DNA from: an uncultured Gammaproteobacteria bacterium
Lineage (GTDB): Bacteria > Patescibacteriota > Patescibacteriia > UBA9570 > XYC2-FULL-38-9
Direction of reading: 5' to 3'
Assembly (NCBI GenBank): GCA_964344485.1
Contig: CAYFNF010000005.1
Span: 23,455 to 87,454, forward strand
DNA: 64,000 nucleotides
The translations under genes were made by a program, and so were the position numbers. How positions within the stretch are numbered: position 1 is the first letter of the stretch; every line of letters begins with the position of its first letter. Of this stretch, positions 55,182-62,541 are shown piece by piece. Under the pieces are notes generated by a model, which made no database searches, had not been told where the DNA came from, and saw nothing but the letters and a program-made list of their open reading frames with translations.

Positions 55182-56993
55182 TTATTCTGTATCATTTAAA
55201 GACCCTTCGAAATCGTGAAATTCTAGTGGTACATTTGTGTATGCATCTGGGATAGGCAGCTTTCCATCACCATTAGGGTTATACCCATTTGCTGTCTCCT
55301 CTCCGTCTAGATATCCATCGCCATCGGTGTCTTCATTCAGAGGGTCTGTTTCATAAATCTGCTCATAATAGTCATCAAGCTCATCACCATCGGTGTCTTT
55401 TTTGTTTGGATCACTGCCAAATGCATCTTCTTCTAGATCAGTAAGGCCATCGCCATCGGTGTCTTTTTTAAAATCATCAACAAGGTCTTGCGGATCTGGC
55501 GAGATAGTATTGTCGATAGTCTTTGACATATCTGCAGCTATCGATGCAAGCACCTCTTCTAAGCTAGTATACTCAGTTGGGAGGTCGGTGCTCACTGCCT
55601 TATTGTGATCCCACAATTCTACAGTCAACGTGCTAGAGATCACGGTCGCACTGTCGTCCTCTTGTTTCTTAATTAACAGTTTATACGGTTGAAAGTCTTT
55701 TTTACCAACCCAGATCTCTCCGGTGAGAGTGTCGGTTTTCTTGGCAAAGTCAATCATATCAAAGACTTCGAGTGTTGGAGCAATACCAGTACGTTGTACT
55801 TGATCTAAAAATGCAAAGTACTTCTCTTGATCAATAGTGATATAGTAATGGCTGGTATTCGTTCCTTGAACTTTCTCTGAATTTATCTTATCTCCAAGAA
55901 CCACGAACGGATGTTGACGGAACGCTTCTTGAATAATAGTAATATCCTCTTGCTCGATTTCACCTTCTTCATCTTTAGAATCAATACCTGGAAGAGTGCT
56001 TGGTGGTAGTGTTGGGACCTCTAAGTCTTGGTCAAACCGTATCCATTGGCCCTCTAACATACCGAGGTCTGTACCCATGAACTCTGCATTATCAGGAAGT
56101 TCGCCAAGCTTTACGTATATTTCCCCGTTTTGATACTTCACTTCTGCATCTAAGGTAAATGGGTCCCCTTCAGTAAGAAGCTGCACGGTCGCTTGCATGT
56201 ATCCAGCACTTTGATCTGGGTCTAGAATAGTAGTAGCTCCTTGCGCTTGCAGTAGCAACCCATTTACTTCCTGTCCACCGAGTAATTCACCAAAGTCACC
56301 GCCGGATTGTGGTTTAAGCTGCTGTCGAATCTCAACAGAATACGATGCAGACTTCAGTGAAGCAGCGTTCTCAAACATCGAATTCGCAACTCGTTCTGGG
56401 GACTGGTAGTAATGATAGTAGGCATATACTGCTGACCCTGCGATTGCCACAAGTAATGCAATAATCACAACAAGTCCAATGATTTTAGTCTTTGTGCTTA
56501 ACCCTTCTTTAATTACTGGCTGCTGCGTTCCCCCTGATAGTGCTTTGCTTTTCGCTGGTTTCGCACTAGCTGCGCCGGGATCCATAGCAGGCTCTGCCAT
56601 CGGACCGAGCTGACCTGCCGGTGCCTGCGGCTGTTCAGCAGCTCCTGGCTGCGCACCGATATCAAAGATGTCTTCAGGCTCTCCAATGACTGGCTTTTGT
56701 GCGGGCGCTTGTGTCGCGGCAGCTCCTGGCTGCGCACCGTCAGCAGGCATCTGTACACCAAGGTCTTCTCCAAACGATGCTGGAGCTTGTGCATCATCAG
56801 CAGGAAGAGGGGGCAAGCCTGGAGTTGCTGGTGTCCCAGCGTCAGGTCCTGCTGCGATTCCAGCTTCTGCAAATGCCTCTTCGATGTCAGCTGCTTCCCA
56901 GCCGTTGCTCAGCAGTGCTTGGCGGATCTCCTCCGGATTCTTACCTTGCTGCTGTTGATTATTAATAAAGTTCTTTACTTCTAGACTAGTCAT
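55182..56993 (-). CDS. Membrane-anchored protein with Ala/Pro/Gln-rich linker and C-terminal thrombospondin-type-3 Ca-binding repeats
   Basis: Cytoplasmic N-terminal 40 aa, low-complexity APQ region, one TM, extracellular domain, then DTDGDGLTDLEED / DTDGDELDDY / DTDGDGYLDGEE repeats. Confidence 0.65.
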   Translation of the reverse strand: MTSLEVKNFINNQQQQGKNPEEIRQALLSNGWEAADIEEAFAEAGIAAGPDAGTPATPGLPPLPADDAQAPASFGEDLGVQMPADGAQPGAAATQAPAQKPVIGEPEDIFDIGAQPGAAEQPQAPAGQLGPMAEPAMDPGAASAKPAKSKALSGGTQQPVIKEGLSTKTKIIGLVVIIALLVAIAGSAVYAYYHYYQSPERVANSMFENAASLKSASYSVEIRQQLKPQSGGDFGELLGGQEVNGLLLQAQGATTILDPDQSAGYMQATVQLLTEGDPFTLDAEVKYQNGEIYVKLGELPDNAEFMGTDLGMLEGQWIRFDQDLEVPTLPPSTLPGIDSKDEEGEIEQEDITIIQEAFRQHPFVVLGDKINSEKVQGTNTSHYYITIDQEKYFAFLDQVQRTGIAPTLEVFDMIDFAKKTDTLTGEIWVGKKDFQPYKLLIKKQEDDSATVISSTLTVELWDHNKAVSTDLPTEYTSLEEVLASIAADMSKTIDNTISPDPQDLVDDFKKDTDGDGLTDLEEDAFGSDPNKKDTDGDELDDYYEQIYETDPLNEDTDGDGYLDGEETANGYNPNGDGKLPIPDAYTNVPLEFHDFEGSLNDTE

Positions 56994-57116
56994 AGATCTT
57001 ATTTACTATTGTTATATGGTATAGAATACCATGTTTTATATGTAAAAAAAAGCTACATAACCACAGGTGCGTTCATGTCTTTTTATGGCCATAAAAAAAG
57101 CCTCCTCAAGATCACG

Positions 57117-57803
57117 CTACGATGCAGGGGTCTCGGGCAGGAGCTGGGTGAGCGCCTTGATGCCGGCGTGCGTGATGACGATGCCCTCCTTCTGGCTGAT
57201 CAGCCAGTCTTTGCGCGTCCAGTCCGCGAACACTCGGATCACGGTCTCTTCGCGCGAGCAGACCATGGTCGCGTAGTCCCTGCGTGCCAGGCGCAGTGCC
57301 ACGAACTGACCACGAGCATCGTTGGGAACTGCGAACCGTGCGCCCATGTCCAGGAGCAGACGCGCCAGGCGGATCTCGACTGCGTCGCGGATCGTCAGGT
57401 CCGCTTGTCGTCGAGCGTGGTCCACCTTGTTGGCGAGCGACTCCATGATCAGTCGGCAGACCAGCGGGTCCTCTTCCATGAGCTGGCGTAGCGCCTCTCG
57501 TTCGACCTGGAGTGCCTTGATCTGGTCCAGGGCCGTGAGCGTGATCGGACTGGGGTTGCCCGTGACCACTTCGACCTCTCCGACCAGGTCGTGCCGACCG
57601 ATCAGACCCATGGTGAACGTGGTGCCGTCACCGAGCAGGTGTTCGATCTTGGCTGCTCCACAGCACAGGAAGAGTACAGGTGAACTGGGATCGCCGCGAT
57701 GCCAAATGATCCGATCTCGCGGGAAGCGAACGACCGTGGCGAACGGCCCCAGTAGCTGTTGGGTGGTTGTCGGTGGAGTGGATGCAGGTGGCAAGATTGC
57801 CAT
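57117..57803 (-). CDS. Islet I: Crp/Fnr-family transcriptional regulator
   Basis: cNMP-binding beta-barrel (ILFLCCGAAKIEHLLGDGTTFTMGLIGRHDLVGE) and C-terminal HTH (RRDYATMVCSREETVIRVFADWTRKDWL). AAGGAGA RBS 6 nt before the ATG. GC-rich. Confidence 0.75.
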   Translation of the reverse strand: MAILPPASTPPTTTQQLLGPFATVVRFPRDRIIWHRGDPSSPVLFLCCGAAKIEHLLGDGTTFTMGLIGRHDLVGEVEVVTGNPSPITLTALDQIKALQVEREALRQLMEEDPLVCRLIMESLANKVDHARRQADLTIRDAVEIRLARLLLDMGARFAVPNDARGQFVALRLARRDYATMVCSREETVIRVFADWTRKDWLISQKEGIVITHAGIKALTQLLPETPAS

Positions 57804-57832
57804 CGCAAATCTCCTTGCTTAGGTGCAGCCGT

Positions 57833-57861
57833 ACCTTACGGGATTCTATTTTTTTCGTCAA
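57833..57861 (-). promoter_or_regulatory. Possible promoter of the islet I gene (TTGACG, 17 bp, TAAGGT)
   Basis: Minus-strand TTGACG (plus 57856-57861), 17-nt spacer, weak -10 TAAGGT (plus 57833-57838). Confidence 0.3.
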
Positions 57862-57864
57862 ATA

Positions 57865-57890
57865 TAAAACGCCCAAATGGGCGTCTTTGT
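57865..57890. terminator. Bidirectional terminator hairpin acgccc-aaat-gggcgt between tRNA-Ala and the islet I gene
   Basis: tataaaACGCCCaaatGGGCGTctttgt. Confidence 0.5.
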
Positions 57891-57963
57891 GGACCCGAGC
57901 GGAGTCGAACCGCTGACCTCCTGCGTGCAAAGCAGGCGCTCTAGCCAGCTGAGCTACGGGCCC
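57890..57963 (-). tRNA. tRNA-Ala (anticodon UGC)
   Basis: Reverse complement: GGGCCCG TA GCTC AGCTGGCTA GAGC G CCTGC TTTGCAC GCAGG AGGTC AGCGG TTCGACT CCGCT CGGGTCC A. G3:U70 Ala identity pair present. CCA not encoded. Confidence 0.9.
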
Positions 57964-57999
57964 GTGAAAAAACGCTATGACAGCGCTCGAAGTACTATA

Positions 58000-58227
58000 C
58001 TAGTGAACGAAAATAAAGTCAAGAATGCTAGTCATAATGCCGCTCATAATAAACAGCGCACAAAGAATAAACGCAACTCCGATCAGTTTATAAAACGTCC
58101 AGGAGCCACCAGGTCCGAGCTTTTGTTCTGCCCATGCATTACGACCAAACGACTTCATAAACCAGTCGGTTTTGATGATAAGGACCACTCCCGCGGCAAT
58201 AATGAGTAAGCTGATGATATATTTCAT
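58000..58227 (-). CDS. Small membrane protein (75 aa, two TM)
   Basis: Hydrophobic ORF with host-like composition. Confidence 0.45.
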   Translation of the reverse strand: MKYIISLLIIAAGVVLIIKTDWFMKSFGRNAWAEQKLGPGGSWTFYKLIGVAFILCALFIMSGIMTSILDFIFVH

Positions 58228-58265
58228 GTGAGTATAATATCGTATTTTTTAATGCCTGGATAGGG

Positions 58266-59723
58266 CTAGGAGCACCTATTTAAATATCGCTTCAAGTTAT
58301 GGTGTCCGTGATAATCCAAAATCTGCAACACTTTCTTTGCCTCTTGTTTTTTTGTAATCTTGTCGTATTTCATCTTTCCGTCTTGTTTATAGATAATCAG
58401 TTCGTTCCCTTCAGGCAGCAAACAGTGGTGTACACCTCCAACACCCGAGATCATCTCCTGATACGCTCCGATCCCAAAGACTCCTATATACAATTCTTCT
58501 TTCTCTCCAACATCCGGCAGGTAGATGATATTATCCTTTTCATGTTTATAGTACGTATCATCAGGGTCGCAGGTAATACCACCTAACTTCACTTTGTGAT
58601 ACTCCCGATTCCATCCATTCAACGGCAGAATGAGAAACTGTTGCCCCAGTGCCCATGAATCTGGCAAAAAATTCATCAAACTCCCTTGAATCAAATACCA
58701 AAATGTATTCTTCTCTTTGGCTTTTTTCTTAATTGCAATCTTGAAGCAAAAGAATGAGTGGTCGTTGACCGTGTATCTGCCGTTCTCACCGATGATATGC
58801 GGCGGTGTGATACTGTTCTTCTTTGAAAGTTGGAGTAACGCCTTTACTAATTTGTCTGCGTACGCCCCGTAGTCGAATGAAAAACTCATGTCGTACTGTA
58901 CTGGCAATCCTCCGCCGATATCCAAATACTCAAGCGTCTGGTACTTCTGTTTCAAAGGGCAGTAGTAGTTCTCAAAGATCTTTCGTACTAAGTGAATGTA
59001 GTTTGAGAGGCTTGTTATGGTTCCACCAAAATGAAAGTGGAAGATAGTAAATGTGAGGTTATCTGAATCTTGTATTCTCTGTGCGCACTTCTTCATTCGA
59101 GGGAACGGGATTCCAAAACGGCTTTCTACACTTGTGCCTAAACGATCTCCTTGTTTGAACTCATAGAGTAAATTGTCATCGATGTTCAAGCGCATGCCCA
59201 CTTGAAATTCGACACCCGAATCTAGAAACAGATCGACCTCTTCTTCGCTTTCTAATATCGGAATGATGCGCAACCCTTTTTTGCGCATCTTAATTACTTT
59301 TTCAAAATACCGATCGTATTTGAACCCATTGCAAATAATCGGAGTGTCTTTCGTGATGATGCCTTCTTGATATAAGTACTCAACAATATCCAAATCATAA
59401 CTTGAGGTGGTCTCTAGTGCATCACTATCATCGAGCGCAGTGGTGATAACCTCGCTGTAGTAATTCGCTTTTTGCGCGTATGCGTAGAGATAGTTCCCGG
59501 GGTACTGATGCTTCGTAATGGCAGTCTTGAAATGTGCTTGCAGCTCGCGAATTCTCTGGCTAATCATCTCTGTATACGCAACTTCCAGCGGATCCCCGTA
59601 CTTCTTCACTAAAGAAAGTAAGTTGATATTCTTGTAATACAAGCGATCACCTTTGACTCGCAGGTGATCATTGATTTGATCTGATGACTGGTATTTCTTT
59701 TTGAAAAATGTTTTATATTTCAT
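58266..59723 (-). CDS. speA: Biosynthetic arginine decarboxylase (SpeA-type, fold-III PLP decarboxylase), short form
   Basis: Collinear with E. coli SpeA blocks: YLYAYAQKANYY (YFLVYPIKVNQH), IICNGFKYDRYF (VIVCNGYKDREY), FHFHFGGT (LHFHLGSQ), LDIGGGLPVQYD (FDVGGGLGVDYE). Confidence 0.8.
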   Translation of the reverse strand: MKYKTFFKKKYQSSDQINDHLRVKGDRLYYKNINLLSLVKKYGDPLEVAYTEMISQRIRELQAHFKTAITKHQYPGNYLYAYAQKANYYSEVITTALDDSDALETTSSYDLDIVEYLYQEGIITKDTPIICNGFKYDRYFEKVIKMRKKGLRIIPILESEEEVDLFLDSGVEFQVGMRLNIDDNLLYEFKQGDRLGTSVESRFGIPFPRMKKCAQRIQDSDNLTFTIFHFHFGGTITSLSNYIHLVRKIFENYYCPLKQKYQTLEYLDIGGGLPVQYDMSFSFDYGAYADKLVKALLQLSKKNSITPPHIIGENGRYTVNDHSFFCFKIAIKKKAKEKNTFWYLIQGSLMNFLPDSWALGQQFLILPLNGWNREYHKVKLGGITCDPDDTYYKHEKDNIIYLPDVGEKEELYIGVFGIGAYQEMISGVGGVHHCLLPEGNELIIYKQDGKMKYDKITKKQEAKKVLQILDYHGHHNLKRYLNRCS

Positions 59724-59803
59724 ACACTGCGTTACTTTGCCTATTCATAGTATATACCAAATTCAAACAAAAAACAGGCTCTGGCCTGCTTCTATACGCA
59801 TAC

Positions 59804-60193
59804 TTAATACTGATCTGTCAGACGTGAAAGGTAGAAAAACACCCCAAATGCTACCAGGAATAAGATGCCAGTTATAATGAATATGATAAGAGCTTCAATA
59901 GGAACCTTTCTTGTGACCCCGGGTTTCTTTTTATTCTTATACCATAACAATCCAACAATCACAGCCATAATCGCAGTGAGCAGCCCAAAAAAAGCAGCTA
60001 TCCACGCTGTTGTTGTAGCAACAAGGGTCTCTGGCTGCCGAGTACCGTAATATCCTGTAATCGAAACCTGAGTGTTGACCTGAGCACGTGCTTTCACGGT
60101 AGTGAGGAATATAAATACCGGGGTAGCGATGCGCAATACGATTCTATACAATTGGTCGAAGAATTTACTCTTCATCTTGTTCTCTTTGCTCAA
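59804..60193 (-). CDS. Membrane protein (129 aa, 3 TM), hypothetical
   Basis: Downstream of, and overlapping (29 nt), the radical-SAM gene. Confidence 0.5.
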   Translation of the reverse strand: MSKENKMKSKFFDQLYRIVLRIATPVFIFLTTVKARAQVNTQVSITGYYGTRQPETLVATTTAWIAAFFGLLTAIMAVIVGLLWYKNKKKPGVTRKVPIEALIIFIITGILFLVAFGVFFYLSRLTDQY

Positions 60194-61271
60194 TTAAATC
60201 CAGGTTACAGTAGCGTAGTTCTTTTTTATCGTAATCCCATAAATGATAACTATTTCCTTCACAGAAGTTCCACCACTCACAGTCTGTACATGCACCGCAT
60301 TTCTTCCATTCCCGGTCTCGGAATTGCTTAAACTCATTATTCCATATATCGCTAAATCTGTCATCTCTGACGTTTCCTTGACGTGTATGCTCGCGCGGTA
60401 GAATAGGACATGCACCGATATCTCCGTTATATAAAATAGAACCAATGCTAACGCCGGCCCAGCAGAAGTACATTTCATCGCGTACCTCGCCTTCATACTC
60501 AGTACCTAAAAAACCCTCATCGCAAAAGGAGATCTCTTTGATTGGATCATTATCCTGCTTCCTTTTCTCTACGATGTAGTCCAGAAGCTTGCGATACTGC
60601 TCTTTTGAAAGCAGCAGCTGATCGTTATCTTTTGCACGACCAGTCGCGGTAATAGTAAATAGACGCCACGCGTCCAGTTTCAGCTCTCTGCAAAACTCAT
60701 ATATTTCATCAAGTTGCTCGAAATTCTTCTGATTCACGCATGTAATGACCTCGATTGTATTGAAGTCGCCAGACTCAGTAAGCAACTTGATGCCACGTAC
60801 CGCTCGTTCGAATACATCTTTCTGATTGCGCAGCCAGTTATGTGTCTGCTCTAAACCGTCTAAGCTGATAGAGATAGATTCACAATTTGCTTGTTTCAGT
60901 TTTTCAACTATCTCTGGAGTGATGAGTGTTCCATTAGAGACCATGCCCCAGCGGAACCCAAGCTCGCTCACGAATGTCATGACCTCAAACAGATCGCTCC
61001 GTGTGAGTGGCTCACCGCCAGTAACGTTTATGCAAATAGATGAAGCGTCAAAATCTTCGGCCATGGTCTTGAATGCGTGCTTTATCTCTTCAGTAGTAAG
61101 CTCGTCGCTTCTATTCTCCTCAGGCCCGCAGGAGCTGCCACAGTGCTGACAAAACAAGTTGCACTTGAGCGTGCACTCCCAAAAAAAATAGACCAGAGGG
61201 TGTTCTTTCTTTTTCTTTTCACAAAACTTCTGCCATAGTAGAAGTTTTCCAGTTTTTACATACTTACGCAT
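60165..61271 (-). CDS. Radical SAM enzyme with C-terminal SPASM/twitch Cys cluster (peptide or cofactor maturase type)
   Basis: CNLFCQHC (Cx3Cx2C) at the N-terminus. C-terminal CGACTDCEWWNFCEGN plus further Cys (Cx2Cx2Cx5C). Confidence 0.8.
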   Translation of the reverse strand: MRKYVKTGKLLLWQKFCEKKKKEHPLVYFFWECTLKCNLFCQHCGSSCGPEENRSDELTTEEIKHAFKTMAEDFDASSICINVTGGEPLTRSDLFEVMTFVSELGFRWGMVSNGTLITPEIVEKLKQANCESISISLDGLEQTHNWLRNQKDVFERAVRGIKLLTESGDFNTIEVITCVNQKNFEQLDEIYEFCRELKLDAWRLFTITATGRAKDNDQLLLSKEQYRKLLDYIVEKRKQDNDPIKEISFCDEGFLGTEYEGEVRDEMYFCWAGVSIGSILYNGDIGACPILPREHTRQGNVRDDRFSDIWNNEFKQFRDREWKKCGACTDCEWWNFCEGNSYHLWDYDKKELRYCNLDLIEQREQDEE

Positions 61272-61284
61272 CCGTCCGTGGATA

Positions 61285-61608
61285 CTATTTTTGCATGGTC
61301 GGCAGGGCGTCCGATGATATCACTTGCATTCCCCAATGCGCATAGGCATATACTGCTCCGCAGAATAGCAACAGAATAACCAAAACAATGGCCACAATCA
61401 ATTTTGCTGTCTTCTTTAGTAATTTAATTGCGAGGATAATGCCGATGACAACTGCAACTGCAATAATCGCGCTCACCCACTTTACTGCTAATGCAAATGT
61501 CTCCTCGGGGTATTGTGTTTGTGCAGCAACCGCCAAAGGAAGTAATGATAATACAAAAAACGAACTATACAGTGATAGTTGAATTTTTTTCATACGATTG
61601 TTTGTCAT
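61285..61608 (-). CDS. Small membrane protein (107 aa), hypothetical; immediately upstream of the rSAM gene
   Basis: N-terminal signal-like segment plus two more TM. 13-nt gap to the rSAM start. Confidence 0.5.
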   Translation of the reverse strand: MTNNRMKKIQLSLYSSFFVLSLLPLAVAAQTQYPEETFALAVKWVSAIIAVAVVIGIILAIKLLKKTAKLIVAIVLVILLLFCGAVYAYAHWGMQVISSDALPTMQK

Positions 61609-61621
61609 ATGGATTTGTTAG

Positions 61622-61695
61622 TGTGGGCGCTATAGGACTCGAACCTATGACCCCTTCGGTGTAAACGAAGTGCTCTAGCCAGCTGAGCTAAGCGC
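61622..61695 (-). tRNA. tRNA-Val (anticodon UAC)
   Basis: Reverse complement: GGGCGCT TA GCTC AGCTGGCTA GAGC A CTTCG TTTACAC CGAAG GGGTC ATAGG TTCGAGT CCTAT AGCGCCC A. Confidence 0.9.
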
Positions 61696-61718
61696 CCATG
61701 AATGTTATAAGGTGCGAA

Positions 61719-61801
61719 TGTGCCGAAGGGGGGACTCGAACCCCCACGCTCATAAGAGCCATGGCCCTCAACCATGCGTGTATACCAATTCCACCACCTC
61801 G
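61719..61801 (-). tRNA. tRNA-Leu (anticodon GAG), long variable arm
   Basis: Reverse complement: GCCGAGG TGGTGGAATTGGTATACACG CATGG TTGAGGG CCATG GCTCTTATGAGCGT GGGGG TTCGAGT CCCCC TTCGGC A. Confidence 0.85.
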
Positions 61802-61829
61802 GCGTAGGGGGGCGTTGCCCCAAAACAGA

Positions 61830-62441
61830 TTATTTAACTAACGTCTCTTTCAAACGTTTTGTGTAGTCTCGTAAAAAGTACAGTTTTGATCGGCGGACCT
61901 TAGCAATCTTCACTACTTCAATCTTTTCAATCAATGGTGATGCTAATGGGAAGATCTTCTCAACCAACACTCCGAATGAATTCTTCTGCACTGTAACGGT
62001 CTTAGTCTCTGGGGTTTTACCGCGCATTGCAATAATGATGCCTTGGTAGACCTGTACACGTTCTTTTTCGCCTTCTTGAATCTTCTGATGAATACGAATG
62101 GTCATGCCTGGTCTGAGGTCAGGAATAGAGATCTCTTCAGCTGCTAACGCTTCTTCTTCTGCTTGTTTTTTTGCTAACTCCTGTTGTTCAGCGATCTTTT
62201 TCTCTTCTTCAGTAGGCTCTGCGTTTACTTCTTCAGCAGTCTCTGCTTGTGCCTCACCCTCAGATGCTGCGTCTTGTGGAGCATCAGTTGTAGAGCTAGA
62301 AGCCCCTGCTTCTGGAGCTTTTTCCGCTGTCTCAGCTTCTGCTGCAGGTGCTTTTTCTTCGCTAACCTTAGCAGTTTCCTCAGGTTTTTTTGGCTCCTCT
62401 GAAGCTTGGTCTTGTTCAGGTTTTTTCTGCTCGTCTGCCAT
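61830..62441 (-). CDS. rplS: 50S ribosomal protein L19 with ~95-aa acidic Ala/Glu/Lys-rich N-terminal extension
   Basis: C-terminal 110 aa collinear with L19 (MTIRIHQKIQEGEKERVQVYQGIIIAMRG ... KIAKVRRSKLYFLRD). N-terminal part is low-complexity. Confidence 0.8.
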   Translation of the reverse strand: MADEQKKPEQDQASEEPKKPEETAKVSEEKAPAAEAETAEKAPEAGASSSTTDAPQDAASEGEAQAETAEEVNAEPTEEEKKIAEQQELAKKQAEEEALAAEEISIPDLRPGMTIRIHQKIQEGEKERVQVYQGIIIAMRGKTPETKTVTVQKNSFGVLVEKIFPLASPLIEKIEVVKIAKVRRSKLYFLRDYTKRLKETLVK

Positions 62442-62541
62442 ATGTTCTGTTATATTAACTATTGAATCTTAAATAAATAGCTACTTGATTATTTCAAGAG
62501 CTACAACAGTATACTGAAGGTCAATATATAAGTCAAGCGAT

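Noticed and set aside
55393-56984. Plus-strand ORFs (56668..56958, 56697..56984, 56699..56965) and minus alt-frame 56513..56872 within the Ala/Pro/Gln-rich N-terminal region of the 603-aa protein
   Set aside because: Low-complexity antisense or alt-frame artefacts of an APQ-rich coding repeat.
225-57861. TTGACA hexamers upstream of several islets (225, about 6445 minus, 17056, about 32124 minus, 57856 minus) as a shared islet promoter
   Set aside because: In 64 kb of about 40% GC DNA roughly 40 TTGACA occurrences are expected by chance. Only islet A has a full -35/17/-10 consensus, so I do not claim a shared promoter.
57009-57944. Alternative ORFs in islet I (57009..57491 +, 57322..57822 +, 57602..57808 -, 57628..57930 -)
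   Set aside because: Shadows of the Crp/Fnr gene. The last ones would also overlap tRNA-Ala.
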